Virus record (IMG/VR): IMGVR_UViG_3300047469_000103 | Span: 224,001 to 288,000 of that record | Source: a virus | Taxonomy: Duplodnaviria; Caudoviricetes | Length of the DNA stretch: 64,000 nt | Direction: 5' to 3' (one strand) | In this document: positions 28,840-38,953 of the stretch, piece by piece | Layout of the letters: each line of letters starts with the position of its first letter | Numbering within the stretch: position 1 is the first letter of the stretch | Program-made: the position numbers and the translations under genes | Notes under the pieces: model-generated | Databases searched by the model: none | Told to the model about the DNA's origin: nothing | What the model saw: only the letters and a program-made list of their open reading frames with translations

Positions 28840-31139
28840 TGTTCAAGCTTCACTCTTGAAACGCCTTTGTGTTTCTCGACAGTCACGTAACTGCAATCGC
28901 TGTGAACGTGTTTGCCCTTTTGTGTAATCAGGAAAACATGCGGCACAAGGGTACGCAGGAACGGAATGTAACGATCAGCAAAAAGCGTGATTGTTGTTTC
29001 GTCCATGTGTGCATCTGGTTCGTCGAGGATCGCGATGTTAACCCGTCGATCAGCCTTCGCCATAATCACGCAAGCGAGGAAGTGCAACAGACGGAAACTA
29101 TCGGATTCTGCGCCGGACAATTCACGAACGTCGGATACGTTGCCGTTGCCCCGGTCAACGATGATATGCACGCCATCGTCTTTTGCCACTACGTTGAACT
29201 TGAATGGCTCAGCGAAAATCAAGTTGGCAAATCGGTTGTAATGTTGCTCCAACTGATAAACGATTTGGTGCATCGCGTGCAGCTTCAAGCCCTTGTTGCT
29301 GTAGGCTTTCGACATTGCTTTGTACAACTGCAATTTCTTTGTCAGCGGTTCCAGCTTTTCAATCTCACCGCTGATTTGATCGCGTTGTTTCGACAGCAGT
29401 TTGAATTCAGCGCGACGGCTACCGTGCTTGACGGAAATCTCATACGCTTTTTCGTATTTCTTTTCGACCTTCTTCAGCTTGGCGGCAGTCTCTTCTAGCT
29501 CGGCGGTCAAGCCTTTGTCTTCTGGCACTTCTTCGAATTCAGCAAGGCGCTCTTTCAGCGCTTTGATTTCATCGAGGATTTCAACCTGTGCTTCGATTTG
29601 TTCCAGCGTGAGTTTGACAGAAACTTTAGGCGCTTTCGGCTTCTTCAGTTCGGACATTTGCTCAGTGATTTCGTCAAAGCGTGCAGCGTTTTCCAGCTTG
29701 TCGGTCAGCGTCTCAAGTTCTTCGTTAGACTTCTTCAGAGTCTTTTTCAGCGCGTAATAATCACGCTCGTTAAACTTGAGTTTTTCGATGATCGCTTTGT
29801 TGGTCGTGCGCGTCTCACGGATTTCGAAAGCGTGAATCATCGACAGCAGCAAACCTTTACGCTTCTTCGCAGCCTTCAGACTTTTCTCAAGGTCTTTCAG
29901 GTTGATTTTCTGCATACAGGTCGGGCAGTTGCCGTCGTCGTGTTCGTGCAGCAAGTCAGAAAGTTTCAGCGTGGTTTTCACCATGCCTAATTCTTCCTTC
30001 ATTTCTTCCATCGGATCAAGCTTTTGCTTATTGCAACGACTCAAGAAGCTGCGCAGTTCTGGCTCAGTGTGATCGTCGAGGTTTTCCAGTTCCCGCACGG
30101 CTGCGTCGAATTCATCGCGGACTTTTGTCTGCCGCTTGTATTCAACTTCCATCGTTTCAATTTCAGCACGCAATTCTTTGACGCGTTTCTTCAGCTTTTT
30201 ACCGCCGCCGCAATCGCCAAGTTCTTCCAGCTTTTTCGTTAGGCGCTTGGCAGTTTTGGTATAGGTGTCCAACTCTTCGTGATACGACTCGGCTGCCTCA
30301 AGTTCTTTGTACATCGCCTTCAATTCTGGCTTTGTATATTTCGCTTTCTTTTGCAGCTTCGCCAGCTTCGACTTTGCAGACGCATAAAATTCCACTTGCT
30401 TCATGAGCGAGCGGAGTTCCTGTGTGCGGGTCTGCAATTTGGTAACTTTCTTGGCCTGAGATTTCACAACCTCGGTGGCTTCGTCGAGTTCCTTTTGGCG
30501 GTGTCGATTCCAACCATTTTTATTCAGCGCGTCATTCGTGTTAAGCAGGTTTTTGCTATGCACGTCGGCTTTGTTCTGCGCGATCTTGACCGCATCAACT
30601 TGCTTGTCGAAATACTTGCGCAGAATATCGAATTGATCCAGTCGCCACACGGCAGTGATATACGACATACGCGTTCGCGCCGTGCCATACATAAAGTCGA
30701 GTTTTTTCTGCGACTGGAGGTGAACGTAGGAATACCATTCATCCGAGGTCAGCGGAATAATCTTTTCGATCCATTCGCGCTGTGCAGCTTGACCACGGAC
30801 TTCCAAATCGGTGCCATCGCGGATGATTTTGTAGCCGCTTCCGCTTTGGCGAATCGTCCATTTGTGCCCGAGGTTTTCCACGTCGATTTCGATATGGGAA
30901 CCTTTCGAGTGAATCCGGTTTTTCTTGCGAGTATCTGCCAACGGCATTTGTTCAAAACGCACGTTGGGCAGCATGCCAAACAAAACAGATTTACCGGCGC
31001 CGTTGTTGGTCTTCTTTGAAATCAGAGAGTCACGGTTGTGGCCGCTTACAACGGTGAAGCCACAGTTATTCGTGAAATCAAATGCACCTTCTTTGTACGA
31101 TACAACGCCATTGAAACGACTGCCGGTAATATCAATCAT
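28836..31139 (-). CDS. sbcC: SbcC/Rad50-like SMC ATPase
   Basis: Walker A NGAGKS, long coiled coil, zinc hook CPTC, signature LSGAE, Walker B/D-loop ILDEPDAHMD. Confidence 0.92.
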   Translation of the reverse strand: MIDITGSRFNGVVSYKEGAFDFTNNCGFTVVSGHNRDSLISKKTNNGAGKSVLFGMLPNVRFEQMPLADTRKKNRIHSKGSHIEIDVENLGHKWTIRQSGSGYKIIRDGTDLEVRGQAAQREWIEKIIPLTSDEWYSYVHLQSQKKLDFMYGTARTRMSYITAVWRLDQFDILRKYFDKQVDAVKIAQNKADVHSKNLLNTNDALNKNGWNRHRQKELDEATEVVKSQAKKVTKLQTRTQELRSLMKQVEFYASAKSKLAKLQKKAKYTKPELKAMYKELEAAESYHEELDTYTKTAKRLTKKLEELGDCGGGKKLKKRVKELRAEIETMEVEYKRQTKVRDEFDAAVRELENLDDHTEPELRSFLSRCNKQKLDPMEEMKEELGMVKTTLKLSDLLHEHDDGNCPTCMQKINLKDLEKSLKAAKKRKGLLLSMIHAFEIRETRTTNKAIIEKLKFNERDYYALKKTLKKSNEELETLTDKLENAARFDEITEQMSELKKPKAPKVSVKLTLEQIEAQVEILDEIKALKERLAEFEEVPEDKGLTAELEETAAKLKKVEKKYEKAYEISVKHGSRRAEFKLLSKQRDQISGEIEKLEPLTKKLQLYKAMSKAYSNKGLKLHAMHQIVYQLEQHYNRFANLIFAEPFKFNVVAKDDGVHIIVDRGNGNVSDVRELSGAESDSFRLLHFLACVIMAKADRRVNIAILDEPDAHMDETTITLFADRYIPFLRTLVPHVFLITQKGKHVHSDCSYVTVEKHKGVSRVKLEQ

Positions 31140-33295
31140 AATGCTTCCAGATACTTTCTGATATCGCGCAAGTTTGTTGCTGCGCGAGTTTGATGTTCAA
31201 AGGTCAGGCGCTGTTCCAGCATTTCCAGAGTCAGCAACCATTCCAAGCTTGGCGGATTTGCGAGGCATTCGCCGGGTTTACGGTCGCCGTAAAAACCGGA
31301 CGCTGGTGGTTCATTTATAGATACGCCGGGAGACTTGCGGAAAACACGATCAAGATTTTCAACGTATTCGTCGATTTCTTTTTCGTCTTCCTGTTCCTGA
31401 ATACGTTGGGCGTATTGCTCTGCGCTTTCACCAGTCGGGCAAGGGCCGGGGCCAGTTGGGCCTTTCACGCCGATTGATTTTCCTTGAATGTCGAATACTT
31501 CGTGCGAGTCTTCTACTTCGCGCCCTTCTTCAGCAGCGACAGTTTTCAACGCAGAAACCAGACTTTCTTTTTCTTGCTCAGACCATTTATGCGGAGGCTG
31601 GCCGGTCGGAGCTTGCAGGTTTACATTCACTGCGAAACCATCAACGATTTTCACAGGAACGCCGCTGTCGATTTTTTCGCCTTCTTTCACAGGCACTTCA
31701 ATAATCGCGGGACTCTTCATCATTTCAGCCGCGACTTGTTCTGCGATCCACGTTGCATCAGGCATGTAGGAAAGTTGAACTTGCCCACCAGCGCTAACAC
31801 TTACGATTTTCTTACCGTAATGTGGATCGTTTTTATCTTCGATGTGTGTAGGCGCCGGACGCACTTCAACCGGCGCGTCAGGACTCATGAATTTCGAAAC
31901 GAATTTATCCGAGGCTTCGCGCAATACTTCGTCGGCGCTTTCCATCAGGATTTCAGTCGGCGTTTGCACTTCTTCAACGACAGCAACTGCTTCAACAGGC
32001 TTACCGACTGGGGCAGGTTTGCGCTTTGGAAACAGGAAGCCGGTCACTGCAACAAACTCAGCGATACCAGCGAGCAAAAGATTCGATTTTACTTCTTCGG
32101 TTTTCGCCGGATCGAGTTCGAAACGTTTCATGAAAACCTGAAGACGCACGCCGCCTTCCAGATAATCCACAACGTCTGCAATTTCCAGCGTAGAGAATTC
32201 TTTGTAGACTTTTTTCACAGGTTGTTTCCCGACCGGAGCTACTTTGATTTCGTTCGGTTTCAGGTCTGGCTGTTCAACGACTTTGATGCCGCCAAGATCA
32301 ATCGTGCGAGGCACTGCGTTCTTCGCGGTTTCAGTTTCAATGAACTTTTCCAGCACTGCGCGAATTGCGATGTTCCGAACGTTACCGATATCAAATCCGC
32401 GATGGCTGAAATAATTCAGAACCATATCGTGCGACAGATGTGTGGTTTCGATGATCGTGTGCAAGTCGTATGGTGGCGGAATTGCACGGGAATATTCTTC
32501 CAGCACAGTCGCGACAGCTTCGGCATTCATGATGCGGCGAACGCTGTGCAGATTGCGTGGGTCAAAATCCAGCGCCGGGTCAACATATTCGCCGTCTTGT
32601 TTAACGTTGAAATACCCATCCATCGACAGGTCGCCAAACACTTCGAGGAAATAGTTTTTCTCGACGATAAAAGCTTTGGAAATTTCCGCATGACATGTGT
32701 CGGCGGTGAACGCGTCTTTCATGTTCTGAATCACGGCCCGCACTTCACCATCGGAAGTCAGGATGCGCCGGGTTTCAATCGGTGGTACGGTATGCACCAC
32801 TTCAGATTCAGGCGTGTGCATCGAATACGTGTTGCCTTCTTTTGTCGCTTTTTTCTGGTCAATCAGATTGCGCAGAATCCACGTCAGTGCGCTACCCTTC
32901 TTGCCGAAGAACGCCCCCAATTCCATCGCCGTTTTCGGGCGACCGTTGGCGTCGATCAGCAATTGTAAAACGGATTCTTCAGACGGTTTATTCATGTCTG
33001 GTTTCAACGTCATGTCCTTCGGCGGAATGTCATTGCGCAGCGTGTGAACAACCGGATTTTCCGAAGCAAACTCTTTCGAGATTGCCGCGTTTTCTTCCCG
33101 TGCGTGATCTTCGTTGATCGTGAACTTATTGTCGGCGTCCATGACCACGAGTTTCTGCTGCTTCAAAGTATTCGAAGCGTGAATCAGTTGGATATATTTC
33201 TCACCCATTTCTGCGGTGTAATCCGCCAGAGTTTTACCGGGGTGGCACTGAATATGAAGCAGCAGGGCTGCCTCTAATGTGGACAAGTTTTCCAT
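31136..33295 (-). CDS. large protein with several winged-helix-like domains
   Basis: 719 aa; at least three wHTH-like segments in the N-half; low-complexity C-half. Confidence 0.65.
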   Translation of the reverse strand: MENLSTLEAALLLHIQCHPGKTLADYTAEMGEKYIQLIHASNTLKQQKLVVMDADNKFTINEDHAREENAAISKEFASENPVVHTLRNDIPPKDMTLKPDMNKPSEESVLQLLIDANGRPKTAMELGAFFGKKGSALTWILRNLIDQKKATKEGNTYSMHTPESEVVHTVPPIETRRILTSDGEVRAVIQNMKDAFTADTCHAEISKAFIVEKNYFLEVFGDLSMDGYFNVKQDGEYVDPALDFDPRNLHSVRRIMNAEAVATVLEEYSRAIPPPYDLHTIIETTHLSHDMVLNYFSHRGFDIGNVRNIAIRAVLEKFIETETAKNAVPRTIDLGGIKVVEQPDLKPNEIKVAPVGKQPVKKVYKEFSTLEIADVVDYLEGGVRLQVFMKRFELDPAKTEEVKSNLLLAGIAEFVAVTGFLFPKRKPAPVGKPVEAVAVVEEVQTPTEILMESADEVLREASDKFVSKFMSPDAPVEVRPAPTHIEDKNDPHYGKKIVSVSAGGQVQLSYMPDATWIAEQVAAEMMKSPAIIEVPVKEGEKIDSGVPVKIVDGFAVNVNLQAPTGQPPHKWSEQEKESLVSALKTVAAEEGREVEDSHEVFDIQGKSIGVKGPTGPGPCPTGESAEQYAQRIQEQEDEKEIDEYVENLDRVFRKSPGVSINEPPASGFYGDRKPGECLANPPSLEWLLTLEMLEQRLTFEHQTRAATNLRDIRKYLEAL

Positions 33296-34473
33296 TACTC
33301 ATACTCTGCAATGAACGCACCGACGTTGGAGTAAAACAATACACTTTCGTCAATCGTGATGCTATTCAGTTTGACTTCGATTTCCGCAAGCAGGTTCTGG
33401 ATCAGCACCAGTGCAAGCATTTTGTTTTTGACTTTCAAATCATCAAAAATCTTGCCGCTATACGGACGGAATTTGTTGGTCTTCGTGATGACTCCGATTC
33501 GATAATCAATGAGCCAACGGGTTTTGTTAATCAGGCCACGAGCGTTGCCCGCGCTGCGAATTTGAATCACGGCCTGTTCCATGTCGCGTTGCAGTACAGC
33601 GGCAAGGAAATGTGCTGCGACTTCTTCCATGTCAACGTCGGCGTCAGACATAAACGATGCGATATTTGTCGGATCGAATTTCTTGCCGGAAGCGACGATA
33701 GAAAGAAAAATATCCAGCTTCGACACTGCTTCGCGCATGCTGCCGTTACTGGATTCTGCAATCGTGTTAAGCGATTTCTTCGCTTCTTTTTTCAGCGTGA
33801 CGCCTTCCTTCTCGGCAATGGCAGCCATGCGGTCGATCAAAACATCATGCTCAATCGGTCGAACATGCAAAGGCATGCAACGCGATTTCAGCATCTTGTT
33901 TACTTTGTCCGGGTGCGTCGTACACAGCATGTAAATTGTATGCGGCGGTGGATTTTCGGTTGCAACCAACAACGCTTTTTCCGATTGATCGCGAAGGGTG
34001 TGTGCTTCGTCGATAATGATAATGCGTTTGCGGGTAGCCGGTGCGTTTGCTGCTGCTGCAATCAGCGAGCGGATTTCGTCGATCTTGCCGCTTTGCCCTG
34101 CATCGAAATAAATAATGTCCGGGTGCTTGGCGAATTGGCAGGAAAAACATTTGCCACAAAGGTTCAACGTTTCACAGTTGATTTGCCGCGCCGCGATGAA
34201 TGCCATCGTGGTCTTGCCGCAACCGTAGTGACCGGAGAACATAATTGCAGATGGAAATTTGCCGCGCTTAAAAGCCCCCTGAAGCGTAGCAACGACTTGA
34301 TCTTGGCCGACAACATCATCCAAAGTTTGCGGACGATATTCGTTTGCCAGTTGAACGGTTTGCAAAGACAGCGGGCCGGTTTTAACCAGACCTACTTTTT
34401 TCTTCTTCGGCTTCGTGTCTTTCTCGACAACGGATTTACCGGTCTTCTTCAATTTCTTTTCAGGCTTAGCCAT
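33295..34473 (-). CDS. dnaX: clamp loader, DNA polymerase III gamma/tau-like
   Basis: YRPQTLDDVVGQ, GHYGCGKTT, CGKCFSC, IIIIDEAH, MLKSRC. Confidence 0.93.
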   Translation of the reverse strand: MAKPEKKLKKTGKSVVEKDTKPKKKKVGLVKTGPLSLQTVQLANEYRPQTLDDVVGQDQVVATLQGAFKRGKFPSAIMFSGHYGCGKTTMAFIAARQINCETLNLCGKCFSCQFAKHPDIIYFDAGQSGKIDEIRSLIAAAANAPATRKRIIIIDEAHTLRDQSEKALLVATENPPPHTIYMLCTTHPDKVNKMLKSRCMPLHVRPIEHDVLIDRMAAIAEKEGVTLKKEAKKSLNTIAESSNGSMREAVSKLDIFLSIVASGKKFDPTNIASFMSDADVDMEEVAAHFLAAVLQRDMEQAVIQIRSAGNARGLINKTRWLIDYRIGVITKTNKFRPYSGKIFDDLKVKNKMLALVLIQNLLAEIEVKLNSITIDESVLFYSNVGAFIAEYE

Positions 34474-34500
34474 TACGACACACTCTAGGGATGTGATGTT

Positions 34501-34510
34501 TATTTACAGT
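34501..34510 (-). promoter_or_regulatory. ACTGTAAATA candidate phage promoter element
   Basis: 27 nt upstream of the dnaX ATG; identical to the site upstream of polA. Confidence 0.5.
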
Positions 34511-34553
34511 ATTGCACGCATGCCGATCTGTGCCAGCTATGCGTGCGTGTCGA

Positions 34554-35729
34554 TTAGTCAGACGCTTGGGCGTTCTTCAACGTTTTCTCAAGCAGCTTTT
34601 TCACGCTCTTCGGAATTTCTTTACCGGTCGTGTGATAGGCGTAAGCTTCTGCAAACATTTCCTGCACGCTGACTTTTGCGTATTCCGAAATCAGCGATTC
34701 CGAATTCGAATACGATGCCGACGTAGGCCAGATGGCAGCGAGTGCCTTGCTGTTTTGATTCAGCAAAGTGTTCACGTCTTCCGGCGACATTTTGTGATGC
34801 TTTTTCAAATAACCGAGGGCTTCTTTGAACAGCGCCAGTTCGTCTTCTTCGATATCGCGTTGGAATTCACGCACGCTTTGCTGGCTGGCAACCAACGAGG
34901 TGCAGAGGTCTTCCATTTCTTGTTTCTTCGCCTTCGAAACTTTGGTCAGGCTGTTATAGATTTCCAGCCATTCCGCACGCACTTTTTCGCTGACGAATTT
35001 GAACCAGATACCGTGGCCGATTTCGTGTGCGAAAATGTATTGGTTGTAAATCTGATCGCTGATGATTTTCGGGTGCAGCTTCACCATGTCTTCAGGCGTA
35101 CCGGATTTGAAGCTGACCGAATAAGTACCGGCCCATTTGCCTTTCGCGTTCAAGACTTCCAGACGGGTGAACGGGAATACTTTTCCGAGTCCCTGTTCTT
35201 CGACTTTTTTCTTGATGCGTTTGATTGCGATAGTGATCGCTTCTTTTTCTTCGTCTTCCAGCTTGCGGTAAATGTGCATCGGCCCGATAGGCGTTGCAAC
35301 TTCGCCGTAATGCGGCTGAATATCTACACCGTAAGCTTTGCCCGGTGCCGGATCGCTGCCGAGGTTTGCCACCAGAGTTTCAGCGGTATATTCGACGGTC
35401 TGAGGTTCGTCATTCGCCATCGTGTCTTCGATGTACGCAGTGTTACGCTTTGGCGAGTGGGCAAAACACAGTTTGTTTTTCTTGCCGATGCGAACGATGA
35501 TGAAATCGTCTTTCTCGACGGGCAGCATTGCTTTTTCTGGCGCTTCTTCTTTCTTCGCCAGTTTCTTACCGCCGCTGACTTTGACGATGGTGTCGCCGCT
35601 TTCTTCAGAAGACTTTTTCTTCTTCTTTTTCATTTTGGTATCGAGGCCGGAACTCTTCACCAGTTTCTTGCTGGTGTTTTCTTCGCTACTCTTTTTCTTC
35701 TTTTTCTTTTTCTTCAGGTCGTCACTCAT
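34554..35729 (-). CDS. zincin-type metallopeptidase (HExxH) with poly-Lys N-terminus
   Basis: FAHEIGHGIW plus EYAKVSVQEMFAEAY (third-ligand E-FAE pattern); GGAG SD before ATG 35729. Confidence 0.75.
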   Translation of the reverse strand: MSDDLKKKKKKKKSSEENTSKKLVKSSGLDTKMKKKKKKSSEESGDTIVKVSGGKKLAKKEEAPEKAMLPVEKDDFIIVRIGKKNKLCFAHSPKRNTAYIEDTMANDEPQTVEYTAETLVANLGSDPAPGKAYGVDIQPHYGEVATPIGPMHIYRKLEDEEKEAITIAIKRIKKKVEEQGLGKVFPFTRLEVLNAKGKWAGTYSVSFKSGTPEDMVKLHPKIISDQIYNQYIFAHEIGHGIWFKFVSEKVRAEWLEIYNSLTKVSKAKKQEMEDLCTSLVASQQSVREFQRDIEEDELALFKEALGYLKKHHKMSPEDVNTLLNQNSKALAAIWPTSASYSNSESLISEYAKVSVQEMFAEAYAYHTTGKEIPKSVKKLLEKTLKNAQASD

Positions 35730-35745
35730 TACATTCTCCAAGTTG

Positions 35746-36009
35746 TTAAGGCATAAGCCAATGTTTGCGCAGGGGTTGTGCTGCAATCCACACGTCGTCG
35801 CGGTGATCTGAAACACTGAGGATTTGTGTACCGTCTTCCTCTTCCACGAATGTGATTAGGTGGCCGTAATATTCGCTAGTCACCACGACGTTATGTGTCG
35901 GCGGCAAATCCAGATATCCGAATACTTTGTGGTGAAACATCGTTTCGATATCTTTGCTCGTAGTTTTCACGGCGGGATAAGTTGTGAAACCGTGCGTGCG
36001 CTTCGGCAT
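35746..36009 (-). CDS. hypothetical protein
   Basis: MPKRTHG..., start uncertain (ORF extends to 36042). Confidence 0.55.
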   Translation of the reverse strand: MPKRTHGFTTYPAVKTTSKDIETMFHHKVFGYLDLPPTHNVVVTSEYYGHLITFVEEEDGTQILSVSDHRDDVWIAAQPLRKHWLMP

Positions 36010-36022
36010 CAACTCGATTAAT

Positions 36023-36727
36023 TCAGTCACACATATCTCCAATGCCGTCTACGACTGACGATGCGCCATCTGCAATTGCGTTCATTACAACGCGCCCGAT
36101 TGTGCCAATGCCGTCGAGGATTCCGCCCGCGTCAGCACTGGACATGGAACTGCTAGACGCAAACGAATTTGCACCAGACACAGATTTAGGCATTTCGTTT
36201 TCGTGTGGATCAGGTTCATGGAATGTGAAAGTTTTTACACGCACGCCGTCGATAAAGTCGTCACGCAAAAAACCTTCCGACTGCATGGCGGCACGGAACG
36301 ACGTAATGTTCACATCGGGCAGCGGCGTTTTACCTTGCAAAAACATTTGATGCGCGACGACAAACCATTGCGTCCATCCACTATCCAGCATTGCGCGTGC
36401 CAAATAAACCGGAGTGTTTCCCGGCCCGGTCGCGTGTGGGTTTACACGTTGGCGTGCAGCCGCAGCTTGCGCCTTCTGGTCTTCAATCCATGCGTGAGGA
36501 TCAAAGCTTTCCGCTTCGACGATTGTTACCAGCATTTTTTCTGCTTGATAATGATTCGGATACGGCGGACGAATCGCGTCACAAATTTCGTTGTATTTGT
36601 TTTCGTCACAGAATCGCCATTCGTCCCACGCACCGGCAACGTCGATGCTGTCTTTGTCACGGACGCCGTAATAGCAACCAGAATCCCACGAACGATAGCG
36701 ATAAAGATATTCGACTTTTTCTGTCAT
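36023..36727 (-). CDS. hypothetical protein
   Basis: 234 aa; ATGA coupled. Confidence 0.7.
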   Translation of the reverse strand: MTEKVEYLYRYRSWDSGCYYGVRDKDSIDVAGAWDEWRFCDENKYNEICDAIRPPYPNHYQAEKMLVTIVEAESFDPHAWIEDQKAQAAAARQRVNPHATGPGNTPVYLARAMLDSGWTQWFVVAHQMFLQGKTPLPDVNITSFRAAMQSEGFLRDDFIDGVRVKTFTFHEPDPHENEMPKSVSGANSFASSSSMSSADAGGILDGIGTIGRVVMNAIADGASSVVDGIGDMCD

Positions 36728-37350
36728 GACCGGCCCGCCGATGCGAACAGCGCTTTGATTTCTTTAGTCAGGAAACCATCGACCAAAGTTTCGTTATTGC
36801 AAATGCCCATGTATTCGAATTCCACACCTTCGTTGAAACGGAACAGACCGCCAACAGTCATGGAATCGTTGAATGTTTCCAGCGGCTTATCCCACGTGTA
36901 ACCATTCGCGCCGATGTAGTGAATATTCACCGGATACTTTTCGCGGTTCTGCGCGTTGGCATTCATGTTGCCGTAACCGTAGATCAGGTATGGCCGACCG
37001 CTTTTGTGCGTGAACACACTGCCGATTGGCGGAATATCAAATTCCATATCCGCTGGCGTGCTGATTTCGGTTTGCTTTACAAACACGGTGTAGGCCGGGA
37101 GATTGTGCGAATAAATCAAAACAGATTTACCCGATTCACTCAGGCCGCAAATCACAGCGTCATCGGCTGCAACCACTTTGAATTCTTCACGGGTCACATT
37201 GTCACGCAGCCAGTGCAGGTTTGGTTTGCAAACGGTGTAATGTACATCGCCGTCTTTTACATACGCGTTGTAAATCTGTTGCTGTGCGTTGTAGTGCAGG
37301 GCGGTTTGCACGAGGCCGGTTGCCTCTTCTTCGGTATACATTCGGCTCAC
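36724..37350 (-). CDS. hypothetical protein with DUF1653-like SH3-fold segment
   Basis: VFTHKSGRPYLIYG...IHYIGANGYTWDKPLETF resembles the DUF1653 Y.H.KG..Y...VVY...WVRP..F pattern. Confidence 0.55.
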   Translation of the reverse strand: MSRMYTEEEATGLVQTALHYNAQQQIYNAYVKDGDVHYTVCKPNLHWLRDNVTREEFKVVAADDAVICGLSESGKSVLIYSHNLPAYTVFVKQTEISTPADMEFDIPPIGSVFTHKSGRPYLIYGYGNMNANAQNREKYPVNIHYIGANGYTWDKPLETFNDSMTVGGLFRFNEGVEFEYMGICNNETLVDGFLTKEIKALFASAGRS

Positions 37351-37982
37351 GATAAAATAATCCTGTTTTGCAAAAGAAGTACCAGCGCGTAACCGTGCGC
37401 CGGGATATGTTGTGGATCAATTGGAGCCAGACCGTAATAGGCGCGTCGGATGATTTCGACTGCATCTAAATCTATTACGTCTATATCGGCGGCTTCGCAA
37501 ATGCCCAAGAATTTTTCAACGATTTCCGGCATGACAGTTACTGCCAGACCACGACGGCGCAGTTTTACTTTCTCTTCGCGATTGCGAATAACGGCGGTGC
37601 CTGTTGCATCGGGAAACGCAACGTACACACGATCATCTGAAACAAACACGTTGGCGTTTTGCCAAACGTCTGCGACCTCAGTTGTGTAGGTCATACTCGA
37701 AACGAATGTATCGAAATTTCGCCGCACGTAATTCCGCAATTCAAGCACGGCATTTACACGCTTCAGTTCTTCAATGGCTTCGGTTGCACGTGGCGTTGGC
37801 GCAAAAAACAACGTGCCCAATCCATCGTCGCAAACCTTTGCGAATTTCCGACCTTCTTTAAATCCGATTGCTACGCCATCACTGAAAACATACAAGCTGT
37901 TATCAACGAGGGTAAGGCGCTCCGCAAAACGGCGGCGGCATTCGGCTACAAAACGGCTATCAAATATATTGACCTCAAGCAT
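37347..37982 (-). CDS. hypothetical protein
   Basis: 211 aa; AAGGA SD. Confidence 0.7.
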   Translation of the reverse strand: MLEVNIFDSRFVAECRRRFAERLTLVDNSLYVFSDGVAIGFKEGRKFAKVCDDGLGTLFFAPTPRATEAIEELKRVNAVLELRNYVRRNFDTFVSSMTYTTEVADVWQNANVFVSDDRVYVAFPDATGTAVIRNREEKVKLRRRGLAVTVMPEIVEKFLGICEAADIDVIDLDAVEIIRRAYYGLAPIDPQHIPAHGYALVLLLQNRIILS

Positions 37983-38008
37983 GATCGTTCCTTAACGTGG
38001 CTCTGTTC

Positions 38009-38953
38009 TTATTTTACAGTTTTTCGAGCTTTGGCAGACGGCACCATTAGTTTCGAAAGGGCGGTTGCAAAGTCTGTGTGCATTTGATTCGATTCTTCAA
38101 ACTGAAACAAAAGCATTGCCGTGTCGTATTCTACAAACTTGACAGGATTGGCTTCATTGCGCGTCATTACTTCTACCAGCTTTAGAAAATCCGCCAGTAC
38201 GTCAAACCCACAGCGGCGGTAGTATTCCGCATCGGTTTTATTCAGGGGGCCACAAAACGTAACATAGCGCGAATGCCCGAGGATTTCTTTTGTAGCCTTG
38301 TTAATCATTTCAGTTCGTTCGCGATGAAACTGATCGTCAATCGAGTGAATACGTTCCATGCGTCGGCGCAATTCTGCCGGGTCGTCTTTGTCCTTCATTG
38401 CCCGCAAAAACTTGCCAGCGGTGCTAAGGATTTTCTTCGATTGATTTTCCATGCCCCGGCCATATTGCAGGGTTTGGATTTTCTTTCCGTCCAGTGCAAC
38501 GGCCAATCCAACAGCGTCGGCACTTTCGCGTGCGTAGTCTCGCCAAAACAGTACAGCGCCTTTGGAAGTCGGGGCTTTCACCGTGGCTTTTTTCCAGTGA
38601 CGTTCGTACCACAAATCGTTAAGCAAAACGAATTCCACACCATCACGATAAACCGTAGCGCCAAACCAATGCAGAATGGTCTGCAAATGCACCATGTAAT
38701 CGTCATAGGTATTTATGTCCAGCGTGTCGAAAACTTCTTCAACATGTTGCATCGCATTTTTCAATGTTTCTTCATGGTGTTCTAAGTTGTGTTGCTGCGC
38801 ATCGGCTTGATATGCGCCGTCAGTGTAAGCGTGAGCGTACAGGCAGAAGCGGAAAGCGGATTGGTATTCGCCCAGTCGGGAGAACAGCGCTTTCACGTTG
38901 AATTTCTGTGCAACGCGGACGTAGGAAGGCTGGAAGTATTTCATGTTTTTCAC
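38009..38953 (-). CDS. hypothetical protein
   Basis: 314 aa ORF. Confidence 0.7.
   Translation of the reverse strand: MKNMKYFQPSYVRVAQKFNVKALFSRLGEYQSAFRFCLYAHAYTDGAYQADAQQHNLEHHEETLKNAMQHVEEVFDTLDINTYDDYMVHLQTILHWFGATVYRDGVEFVLLNDLWYERHWKKATVKAPTSKGAVLFWRDYARESADAVGLAVALDGKKIQTLQYGRGMENQSKKILSTAGKFLRAMKDKDDPAELRRRMERIHSIDDQFHRERTEMINKATKEILGHSRYVTFCGPLNKTDAEYYRRCGFDVLADFLKLVEVMTRNEANPVKFVEYDTAMLLFQFEESNQMHTDFATALSKLMVPSAKARKTVK

Noticed and set aside
31136-33295. Z-DNA-binding Zalpha domain in the second wHTH unit
   Set aside because: The key Asn/Tyr/Trp residues of Zalpha are absent; kept as generic wHTH.
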